IMG/VR virus record: IMGVR_UViG_3300044833_000023
Span: 1-63,319 of that record
Reading direction: 5' to 3' (one strand)
From: a virus
Lineage: Duplodnaviria; Caudoviricetes
DNA length: 63,319 bases
The position numbers were made by a program, and so were the translations under genes. The notes beneath the pieces were generated by a model. That model made no database searches. It was given only the letters and a program-made list of their open reading frames with translations, and was not told the DNA's origin. Shown one piece after another: positions 1-9,400 of this stretch; the stretch's first letter is position 1, and the number at the start of each line of letters is the position of its first letter.

Positions 1-127
1 TACGGTCATCACCGGCCAGAGTGGCAGACGAGCGCCGCAGATGCGAGGTAAGAGTACCGTAGGAGTACCAATCGAGTGAAAACTGGCAAAAATAAAGGGA
101 TTTTGGCCAAAGCATCGATATCTGCTA
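1..127. repeat. 127-bp exact terminal direct repeat, copy 1 (circular contig overlap)
   Basis: Bases 1-127 are identical to 63193-63319; the repeat contains the 3' end of the integrase gene. Confidence 0.97.
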
Positions 128-230
128 CTCTATATAATCAGCTAAACCATTGATATATTTAGAACGGAAACGACGGCAGAGCGTGAACATGGCAGGAACA
201 GGCAGGGTTAAGAGTACCATAGGAGTACCA
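49..230. other. Putative attP: two 22-bp arm-type repeats flanking an AT-rich core with an IHF-consensus site
   Basis: TAAGAGTACC(G/A)TAGGAGTACCA at 49-70 and 209-230, each with two GAGTACC 11 bp apart; the reverse complement of 143-155 (TATCAATGGTTTA) matches WATCAANNNNTTR; lies right after the integrase stop. Confidence 0.75.
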
Positions 231-557
231 GAAGACGCCATCGCCGAAACGGCGCGCAAGATTTCCGATGATCTGCGCCAAATATGGGGACTGCGCAAAC
301 GAGGCGACCGCAGCAAATTGCGCCCCAACGAGATCGATGTAATGGCGAACCAAGAGCGCGAGGTCGACACTCTGATAGCTCGCAGGATCAGGTCGCTGCT
401 TCTGCGCGTCCAGGCGCGCGAAAAAGCCGCCAGCGTCCCGAAGGATACTGGCGGCAAGTCTGAGTTGGGGTAGAGAGAAACAGGGACCAACGGTCCCTCA
501 GTAATTGCCGGCGGAAATGGAACCGGCAACCTCGGACGGCCCGAAGGCCGAATTATT

Positions 558-956
558 TTAGGCGCCGCTGCCGTTGACAAAGCAGTAGACGAGCCCGCCG
601 CTGCTCAGAAAAACGATTGCGTGCCCCGTGGGGTTACCCCGATCGTACTTAAGCTTGTGATCCGGTATGAGTATCTCGGTCCCGAGCGCGACCGGCGTCC
701 TGCGGAGCGGCTCATTCGGCCGATCGTCCGTGATGGTGCAGAAGGTCTTCCCATCCCTCACATGAAGCCCGTCGCACCAATAGGCGTCAGCCTCGCCGCA
801 ACATGACGCGCTGGGGTTGTCGGGCTGCATCAGGGATTGGTACCACTCCTTGACGGCCGGATCGCCGTTTTCCCACTGGCCGAGATCGCGGGCCTTCACG
901 CCGCCGACGAACAGCGCCGCGAGAACGCCGAGGATGACGCCGAGGGCGGTCCTCAT
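558..956 (-). CDS. Secreted Cys-containing hypothetical protein (CCGEAD motif)
   Basis: Signal-peptide-like N-terminus MRTALGVILGVLAALFVGGVKA; ATG overlaps the stop of the upstream gene. Confidence 0.75.
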   Translation of the reverse strand: MRTALGVILGVLAALFVGGVKARDLGQWENGDPAVKEWYQSLMQPDNPSASCCGEADAYWCDGLHVRDGKTFCTITDDRPNEPLRRTPVALGTEILIPDHKLKYDRGNPTGHAIVFLSSGGLVYCFVNGSGA

Positions 957-1519
957 GACGCGCTCACGAAGGCCATAATGCGACGGCGGGGGTATACCGC
1001 CTCGCGGACGCGGCGCCCGCTGTTGCCGCTGATGATGATGGGATTGCCGCTGGCGTCGAAGCCGCTGACGATGCCGACGTGGTGCCGCATGACGGCGATC
1101 GTGCCGACGGCGGCCGAGACGTGCTGCTTGCCGTTCCACGAGATCGCCCGGTCATCGACGCCGGCCGCGTGCGTGATGTGGCGGATGAACGCCGAGCACC
1201 ATAGCGTGCGTCGGAGACCAATCTGGCCTGCGGTCTGCCCGAGGTAGGCGCGCGCGGTCGAAACCAGATTGCCGCCGGTATAGGAGTGGGTGATGTCCAA
1301 ATAGCCCGAAACGCGCGACTTGTGCCTGCGGCTGTAGGCTTTGGGGGTGATGCTCTCGCGGTGCATCGTGACCTTGATTGAGACGACGCCGGCCAGAAAA
1401 TTGTTGCTCCCGAGATCGCAGGGCATGGTGCGGTTGCACTCGGGCGAGATCGCCGGCCGGGCCTCTGCAACGGACGTCAGGGCGAGGGTCGCCGCGGCGA
1501 GCATGATGATGCGGTTCAT
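953..1519 (-). CDS. Signal-peptide-bearing CHAP/NlpC-P60-like (TIGR02594-like) peptidoglycan hydrolase
   Basis: Sec signal MNRIIMLAAATLALTSVAEA; LWCSAF (catalytic Cys), HHVGIV (His) and IISGN motifs. Confidence 0.75.
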   Translation of the reverse strand: MNRIIMLAAATLALTSVAEARPAISPECNRTMPCDLGSNNFLAGVVSIKVTMHRESITPKAYSRRHKSRVSGYLDITHSYTGGNLVSTARAYLGQTAGQIGLRRTLWCSAFIRHITHAAGVDDRAISWNGKQHVSAAVGTIAVMRHHVGIVSGFDASGNPIIISGNSGRRVREAVYPRRRIMAFVSAS

Positions 1520-1531
1520 TGTGGTTCCTTG

Positions 1532-1945
1532 TTAGTGAAACGAGATGCGCTCGATGAACGCTCGGATGTCGGGGGTGAAAAACTTGATGCCCTCGAAGAT
1601 GAAGGCGAACGCGGCGCCGGTGACGGTGCCCGCGACCAGAACGATCGCGGCCATCCGCCCCTTGAACTCAACGAGGTCTTTGACTTTCGGGGTCATGTCC
1701 GAGACGGCCGCCGCGATCGGGGGTATCTTCGCCATCTCGGTTTCGATGTTGGTGGCGCGAGCGGCGATGAGGTCGAGGGACTTCGCAAAGTCTCGATGCC
1801 TCTCTGACCCGACCGCGAGACGGCCCTCGATGGTTCCGATGGTGCCCTTGATGTCTCCGATCGACGTGAAGATTTGGAGCAGCAGTTGGTTGGTGGTCGC
1901 TTCTGGGAGCAGCAACGGGTTGATGATGGCGGGGGTCTCCGTCAT
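1532..1945 (-). CDS. Lysis-region membrane protein (coiled coil plus C-terminal TM helix)
   Basis: C-terminal hydrophobic stretch MAAIVLVAGTVTGAAFAFIF; translationally coupled to the o-spanin gene. Confidence 0.65.
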   Translation of the reverse strand: MTETPAIINPLLLPEATTNQLLLQIFTSIGDIKGTIGTIEGRLAVGSERHRDFAKSLDLIAARATNIETEMAKIPPIAAAVSDMTPKVKDLVEFKGRMAAIVLVAGTVTGAAFAFIFEGIKFFTPDIRAFIERISFH

Positions 1946-2223
1946 TTGCCCGCGTACTTCTTGCGGACCTTGCGGTAGATGTTCCGAGACTTGACGAGGC
2001 GCGTGTTCGCCTCATCCAGGGCGACGCCTGTCTTGTCGAGCACGATGCGAGCGTCCTCGCCGTCTTCCCACGTCGGCACCGCGACCGGATCGAGCACTAC
2101 GACCGTTTCAGGTGGCAGCGTGCGCTCAACGACGGCCGGCGGCGGGAGGCTTGCGCATCCACTTGCGATCGTCATCAGTGAGAGCACAGACGCCGTTCGG
2201 GCGAAGTTTGAGAGCCGCTTCAT
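1942..2223 (-). CDS. Putative o-spanin (Rz1-like lipoprotein)
   Basis: Lipobox IASG-C followed by a Pro-rich segment; overlaps the 3' end of the upstream membrane gene in another frame. Confidence 0.7.
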   Translation of the reverse strand: MKRLSNFARTASVLSLMTIASGCASLPPPAVVERTLPPETVVVLDPVAVPTWEDGEDARIVLDKTGVALDEANTRLVKSRNIYRKVRKKYAGK

Positions 2224-2575
2224 AGTCCGTGATCCTTTTCTGATCTGCTACCGCCTGTTGAGCCAACTCGATACGCGCTGCGTTTGCATCGTTTTCAGCA
2301 TCGATCGTCGCATTCAGGTCGACGGTCTTTGCTTCAACCTCAGACTTGAGGTTCTTCATCGCTTCCCGTTCGTCGGAGATGCGGAACCCAACGAGGAAGG
2401 CCATCAGGACGATCATCACGAGCGCCATGAAGCGGGCTTCCGGCACGTAGGGGCCGATAACCGGGAAGTATTTCAACAGTGGGAAATAGCCGACGACCAG
2501 TGCGGCAAGGAGCACGACTGCATCGACGCAGAGTGCTGGATACGAGGTTGCGATAGTCCAGAAGATGTCGGCCAT
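2126..2575 (-). CDS. Putative i-spanin (Rz-like)
   Basis: N-terminal TM segments, then a coiled coil and a C-terminal Cys; directly downstream of the endolysin with TAATG coupling. Confidence 0.65.
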   Translation of the reverse strand: MADIFWTIATSYPALCVDAVVLLAALVVGYFPLLKYFPVIGPYVPEARFMALVMIVLMAFLVGFRISDEREAMKNLKSEVEAKTVDLNATIDAENDANAARIELAQQAVADQKRITDYEAALKLRPNGVCALTDDDRKWMRKPPAAGRR

Positions 2576-3054
2576 TACAAGCCCTCCATGCACAGGTTCC
2601 GTTCTTTTGAACGTCGAATTTCGAGACCGCGCACGACGACGCCGCCCGCCTTGTTCCAGGCGAGCATCGCGTTACACGCCTCGACGTATTCATATCGGTT
2701 CAGATGGCGCGCGGTGCCGGAGTGGCAGAAGCCATGCGTGCCGATGTTGTAGGAAAACGAGATGAACGACGCCTCGGTCTTGGCGCTGATCGGCACGAAG
2801 ATGCACGCCTCGATTTCCTCGGCGTAGCGCGGCAGCTTCTTCGCCAGCATGTCGGCGCATTCTTGCGGCGTGTAGTGGTCGCCGATCTTGACGCCTTCGG
2901 TCTCGCCAAAGCAGACCGTCGGGATGCCGTAGGCCAGCCTGTCGGGCTTGGCGGTGAGCCAGCGGCCCTCGAACTGGGAGACGCATGGCACCGCGAGCGA
3001 GCACGCGAGGACGCCGACGGTCGATAGCCTGCGAACAGCGGGATGCATGGCCAT
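2575..3054 (-). CDS. Endolysin, GH24 (T4/P21-type) lysozyme, probably SAR type
   Basis: FEG-x-D catalytic spacing, PTVCFGET, SFSYNIG and WNKAGG..GLEIRRSKER motifs; weakly hydrophobic N-terminus. Confidence 0.9.
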   Translation of the reverse strand: MAMHPAVRRLSTVGVLACSLAVPCVSQFEGRWLTAKPDRLAYGIPTVCFGETEGVKIGDHYTPQECADMLAKKLPRYAEEIEACIFVPISAKTEASFISFSYNIGTHGFCHSGTARHLNRYEYVEACNAMLAWNKAGGVVVRGLEIRRSKERNLCMEGL

Positions 3055-3341
3055 TATGCGTCCTTCTGCTGTGCGAAGAAGCGGGCAGCGCAGGCGGCCA
3101 CGGTCACGAGGCCGGAGAGCGCGGCGAAAATGCCGGGCGGGATCGGCGGCTTGACCTGCCAGGCGATGGCGACTTGGATCGCCACTTCGAGGCCGGAGAG
3201 GATCGCGGCCAGCACGATGAAGCGCACCGACCAAGATTTGGTCAGTACCCAGTGCCAGTCCTCGCGGAGCCGCGCATTGCCGCGCAAGTCCTCCCAAAGC
3301 AGAGCGAACCCCCTCTTTCCGGGGTCGTCGGTAACGGTCAT
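3054..3341 (-). CDS. Putative holin (two TM helices)
   Basis: 95 aa, W-x-W..KSWSVRF plus two hydrophobic helices ending AARFFAQ; GGAGG RBS; stop overlaps the endolysin ATG. Confidence 0.75.
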   Translation of the reverse strand: MTVTDDPGKRGFALLWEDLRGNARLREDWHWVLTKSWSVRFIVLAAILSGLEVAIQVAIAWQVKPPIPPGIFAALSGLVTVAACAARFFAQQKDA

Positions 3342-3355
3342 CGTCTTCCTCCAAT

Positions 3356-3383
3356 AAAAAAGGCCGCCCGGGATGGACGGCCT
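3356..3383 (-). terminator. Rho-independent terminator between the giant gene and the lysis cassette
   Basis: Minus strand reads AGGCCGTCC-ATCCC-GGGCGGCCT followed by a T run. Confidence 0.7.
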
Positions 3384-3405
3384 GTGAATTCGCAGGGCGA
3401 GAAAA

Positions 3406-6400
3406 TTAGTGCTCCCACGGGTGTTTCTGTTCGTATCGATGCTTCGCCCGCGCGACCGCATCAGCCTGGTCGTAGTCGATGCCGCGGAACACCTTGGCGA
3501 TCGGGATGTCGGTTGCCTTCGGTGTCTCGCCCTTCATGATCGAGCCTGCGGTATTGCCGACCTCGATGCCGAACCGCTTCTGCGCGCCGAACATCTGATC
3601 GGTAAGCTCGCGAATGTCCTCCGGGTATCGGTCGATCAGCCCGGAGTGATGCGCGTCGCCGCCGGTCCATGAATTCAGGGTCTTCGCGGCGGTCTTCCAA
3701 CCCTCTCCCGTCGGCATATAGTCGCCGCGAGGCTTGCGGCCGGACTCGGAATTCGGCCCCTTCTGGAACATGTCATTGTGGACGGGGTTGCCGAGCCAGT
3801 TCTTGTTCTCGATGACGTGCGCCAGAGGCCGGAGCAGTTCCGGCGTAATCATGTCCATCAGGTTGCCGAACTCGCCGAGCGGCGTGAACGCCATCAGCGT
3901 CGACTTCACCATTTCGGCCGCGTGCTCGCCGACCGTGATCTTGCTCTTGATGGCGCCGATCTTGTCGAGGAACATCCCCGTCAGGTGGTAGCCGAACGTC
4001 ATCGGGAGCGCGTAATTGTAGGCGTTGGGCAGCGCGTACTTCTGCGGGCGTCCCTGCGCGTCGCGCTCGAACGGGTTGAGGAAGATGAAGCCGAGAGCGC
4101 GCTCGAAGTCCGGAACCTTCTCGAAGTATGGATCGCCGTTGTCGTCGCTGCCGCCGAGCAGGTAGTTGTTCAGCGCCAGCGCCACGCCAGCGGCAAACAC
4201 ACCGGCGAACACCCGCCGCATCCGCCCGGATTGCGTCAGCGCGCTTGTCAGCCGCGTGCCGGTCCTAACCGCTGTGTTGTAGAACGGGAAGATCGTTCCC
4301 GCGACACTGGAGACAATCGCCCGCTTTTGATAGTTCACCGTCGCGTTGCGGGCGCGGTAGGCCGCGGCTTGCGGCGTCATGCCCTGATCGCGCGCCTGGG
4401 CGTAGGTCGCGAGCCGGGTCGCGTTGTCCCAGACGTTGAAGATTTCGTCGGTCTTGTCGGCGATGCCCTTGAGTACTCGAAGTGGGTTGAGCCGCGTGCT
4501 GGTGGTGATCTGCTTGAGATCGTCCACAAGCTCGTTCTTGATGGTGTCAATGTCCCGCATCGAGCGGAACGCCATGTTGCCGCCCTGCGCCTTCATCTCG
4601 GCCCAGTATTTGCCAAGCTGGCCCGACGGCCGCCCCTTCTCAAAGTTGGAGATCGCGCGCGAGGCCCGGCCGAACGCAGGGAACGCATCGGCCGTCCACT
4701 TCCATGGGCTATAGGCGCCGGTGTCGCGAAGCTGGTAGGCGTTGAGCGCGCCTTCAACCATGTAGCGGCCGAAGAAATGCCGAGCCGCGAAGTCAGGACT
4801 GTAGTGCGTCCACATGCTCTTGAGCTTGTTGACGCCGAGCAACACCTTGTTCAATCCTGGGAACGACCATGGCGAGTTGCGGTTGATCGACTGCGCCAGC
4901 TTCTCACTCTTGAACAGCATCGTCCGTGGAGCGCCGTTCCGCTTGAAGTTGACGGCGCCCTTGGCCATCGCGCTCGGGCTGGTATCGACCCAGCGAGCGA
5001 GGCCGGTTTTCGGATCGATCGTCTTCTTCGGAGTGCCCTTATTGAGGCTCACGAAGTCGTCGGTATTGATGCCGCCGTGCTTCAGCGTCGCAAGCGTTTC
5101 GGCGATCGAATTGTAGTGCATGTTGCGCTCGCCGCGCTCGATGGTGCGGTATGCCTGATCTATCAGGTGCACCATCGGATTGTCGGCCTTTGACATTCGA
5201 CCGAAGGCGCGCTTGGTCTCCGGGGCCCGGATGCCGATCGGGGAGCCCTTGCCGCCGAAATACTTCTCGTCGTCGATGTCGGCTTCCTCGAAGCCCTTGA
5301 AGGGCACGTAGTCGGGCCCGTTGGCCTTCCATGCGTCGATGGTGGCTTGGCTTTCGAGCCCGTAGTGGACCATCATCTGCCGGTTGAAATCGACGATGTT
5401 GCGGGTCTGCCGCCAGATGTCTTTGTAGGCTTGGCCCTGCGGCCCGCTCTCGAAGGCCCTGATCTTGTCGCGCGCCTCGTTGTTCGAGAAGCCAGAGCCG
5501 CCAGCGATGTTGTTGTCGCGCATCGCGTCATTGAACGGATGGCCGGGCTGATACAGCGGGCCGATGTTGCGGTTGCGCTCCAGCGCGCCCTTTGCCATCA
5601 GGTAGTCGCCCAGATCGGGCAGCGTGATCTCGGCCTTGTTCGCGGTCTCGATCAGCGGCTTGAGCAACCGGTTACGGAAATCGTTCGCCTGGTACGCGAC
5701 CTTGCCCGGGATCAGTTCCTTCTTGACATAGAACTGCATCGCGTCGGGCAGCTTCGACGCCTCGGGGAAGACCTTTTTGGCTTCCTCCGGGGTCAATCCC
5801 AGATACCGCGCCTCGACTTCCTTTTGCAGGAGTTTCTCGCGGTGGCTCAAATCGGAGAACGCTTCGACGAAATCGGCCTTCTTGCTGTCGTTGAACAGGT
5901 TGCCGATCGCCTCGCTGACGCGGCCGTTGGCCTTGGTGCGCTTCTCGAAGATCGACGCCAGCGGCTCGTCATCATGGATCGCCGCTTCCGGCCGCGGAGT
6001 GTCGCCCTTGGCCTTGGCGTATTTGCCGCGGTACGCCTTGTCGAAGATGTCCTCGTAGGTCTCAAAGCCGAGCCCGCGAAGGCCGTTGGCCAGGCGCTTG
6101 ATGGCTTCCCAGAGCCGGTGATACCAGCGGCGCACGCCGACATGCAGACCCTCGCCCTTGGAGCGGTCGGTCGCATAGTCCTCGAAACCGATGGCGCGGA
6201 CTTCCTCGGGATCGAGGCCGTCAGCCTGCTCTTTGCTGTAGCCCCGGGTCTTTCGGATGTAGTCGCGGATGCGGCCGGTCTCGCGCTCCATCAGCGCCCG
6301 CTCCTGCGGGCTCTGCAACTGGTACTCGATCGCGTGATACGCTTCGTGGAACGCGGCGCTGTCGACGCCGTGCAGCAACGCCAGCTTGATGAGATGCCGG

Positions 6401-9400
6401 CTCGGGTAATAGAGACCGCGCGCGCCGGGCGACCTGTCGGCCATGGCGCCCCAGCCGCCAGCGGTGCCTGCCAGCGACATCAGGTCGGGGCTGAATTCGG
6501 CCTTGACGTGATCGCCAACCAGATGTTGCAGGACATCGCGAATGAGGCCCTCGATCTCCGGCTGTTTTTCGGTAGCGGCTTCCGTGATGCTCGCCAGCGG
6601 TTCCTCGACCTTGGTCGGCTTCGGCGCCTCGGCCTTGAGCGTGAACACGGCGCCGAGTTCTTGCAGGCGCTTGATGGCTCCAAGGATATTGCCGTCGGTG
6701 ACGTCCGTAACCATGCGCCCGCTGCGCGAGATGAAGTCGCCAGCGGCCAGATCGATCAGCGGCTTGTCGAGGAAGAAGACGCCGCCCGTCTTTTTCGCCT
6801 TGTCGGTCGCGATGACGTATTCTTTGCTCCATCGCCCCTCCCTGCGGATCGAAACCGTTTGGCCTTTTGACCAGATCGTCTCGGTCGGGTTCCTGTCGAG
6901 CCAATCCCTGATCTCGAACGGGTCGTGGACAACGCGGCCCTTGTCGACCGCGTGCTTCTCAAGATCGAAGTCCCTCGACGTCAGGATGCCCTGCCGGACA
7001 CCGCCCTTGTCGTCGGTGTAGTTGATGATGTTGCCCTTGCGCCCGAGCCAGTCATAGGCCGCCAAGAGATTGCCGGTCGCGATGTAGCGTTCCTCGCGGG
7101 CGTCCGACTGCATGTGCTTGTAGCGGTCGAGCGTCTGCTCGGCGCTTTCGATCCAGCGTTGCAGCGGGACCACTTCCACGTCGAGCGCGCTTTCGCTGTC
7201 GGCCTTGCCGTCGGCATGAATGCGCGAGAACGGCAGCGTCATGTGTCGGCTGGCGTCCGCGATAGCGAATTCGGCCTTCCACGACGAGAGCGCCAGCGGG
7301 TTCTTGGTGACGCCCTTCTGCTCGACCTTGGTGATGATGCCGGTCAGGTTGCCGTCGGCCGTCTTCAGCGTGACGCGCTGACCGATACGGACCAGCTTGT
7401 GAACGGCGCTCCAACGGTCCTTGATGGCGTCAAACTTGCTCTTTTCCTTCGCCTGTTTCTCGGCGTCCGGCATCCCTTCGAGGATCGGCTTGATGTACTC
7501 GGCGAACTCCTTGATCGCGCGCTGGCGCTCGGCGATCTCGTTCGCGGCCGATGCTTTCCCGAGACCCTGATAGGTATCGCTCGCCTGGTCGAGCAGCCGG
7601 GCCAAGTCCTTGATCTCGGCTTTTTCGTCGGGCGCCGCCTGTGCGGTGCGGTCGCCGATCGCCTCGATGACCTTCCCCATGACCTCGGCCGGCGTGTACG
7701 GCTTGCCCAGGCGCGCGACGGAGACCTTCTCGACGTTGACCGGCGCGGCGAAGCGCGAATTGCTGTCGTTCTTCCTGCCCATAACCTCGGTGGTCTCCAA
7801 CGACTTCGCCTTGAGGTCGAAGGTCTTGGCTTCCATCGGGTTCGTGCCAGCAGCCGACAACTGCTTCATCATGTCTTCGTAGGCGCTCTCAAGCTCCTGA
7901 TAGAGGGCTTCCTGTTCGTGCAACGGTAGCAGCGGGATGCGGCCGGTCAGCTTCCGCATCGCGTCGGGGATGATGGCCCGGCCGCTCTCGGTGAACTTGA
8001 TCGGCATCGCCAGCCGCGGGTTCATCTCGAAGTTTTCCGAGAGGTAGTTGGCCGCTACGATGTCGCCGTATTCGTTGATGAAGTCGGGCACGTCCTTGGC
8101 GGTGACGGCGCTGGTCCGCGACGCCGTGGTGTTGGCATTGAGCGAGGCCATCTTCTTCGCGAGCACCGCGGCCGGGCGCTTCTCGGCCGGGATGTCGGCC
8201 ACGAATTGGGTGTAGCGGGGCAACACGACCTGTCCGGTGCGGTTGATGCGGCCGAGCAACTGCATGTGGGTGTCGACGTTGCCTTCCGGCTGCACGATCA
8301 TCATGTGCCGGACCGACTGATCGTTGAAGTCACGGCTGGCGTGCGCGGACAGGCCGGTCGATCCGGATTGGTTGATGATGAGCGCGTGATGGCCGCCGTT
8401 CACCGGCTTGGTATTGAACTTGCGCAGGGTCTCGTTTTTGCCTGCGGTCGTCAGGTCTTTGCCGGGGCGCTTGCGAAGTACCGGGTCGCCCTTGCCGGAA
8501 TAATCGAGGATCAGGCCGCGTCCGGTGATCTCGCCGACGCTGTAGCCTTCCTTTTTCAGCCGCCAGATCAGATGGTCGATCGGAGAGACCGGCATCTCGG
8601 ACAGGTTCATCGAGCCGATGATCTCTTTGGCGCGCTCGTAGGACGCGACGCCCGCAGGGCCGAGTTCCTCGTCGGTCAGGCGCCGACGTTCGGCCTTCTC
8701 GCCCTTCTTCATGAAGGGCTTTTTGATGGTTATCATCCGCGTGCGCTCAAGGTACTTGTGCAGCACGTCGGAGAAGTCCGCGGGCATCTCGTCACCGACC
8801 TTGACGCCGATCGTGTCCGCGTAGTCCTTGAGGAAGCTCTCCATCGTGTTCGCGACGGTCAGGACCGGCTTCTCGCCGCGCTTGATCGCCTCGATCGCCG
8901 CTTGCGCGGCCGGCTCAACCTTCATCGCCAGCAGCATCTGGTTGATGACGTTGTGCATGATCGACGTGAAGTTGGTGGACTGTGCGCCAGAGTCGCCGGT
9001 CGCCCCGTCGTAGCCGGTGGTGCCGCCCTCGCCCATCAGGTCGGCGTTGACGTTCTCCATGGCCGCTTTGACGGCGGCGCTGAAGTCCTGAATGGCCGAT
9101 AGGCCGCTGGAAATCGTATTGTAGTTCTCGCGGTCCACGCCGACGAGCGGCGTGTTGTACTCGATGCCGGCGAACGATCGCTCGCGGCGGATGTACTGCC
9201 CGTCCTCGGCGAGCATGGTCGCGACAGCCTGTTGCATCGGTACGCCGCCGCGCGCGATAGCCTCGCCCAAGTCCTTCGGGTCCGCGACCGCCATCTTCAT
9301 GTTGGTGGCGGAGTAGAGGTCCATCACGTCCGGGCGCTTGGCGTAGGTCGCCGACGAATAGAACACGCCGTTGGCGTTCTGGATCAGTTCGCGCGCGAAG

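Noticed and set aside
1-127. Terminal repeat as biological direct terminal repeats or attL/attR
   Set aside because: It is exactly 127 bp (a common assembler k-mer), identical, cuts through the integrase gene and has no flanking host DNA, so it is best explained as a circular assembly overlap.
110-165. dif/XerCD site in the attP core
   Set aside because: No match to the TTATG(T)TAAA-type XerD arm, and the phage encodes its own integrase with arm-type repeats.
150-473. Plus-strand ORF across attP (and the minus-strand ORF 125-580)
   Set aside because: Overlaps the arm-type repeat and has no recognisable motif; it could be real but cannot be supported from the sequence alone.
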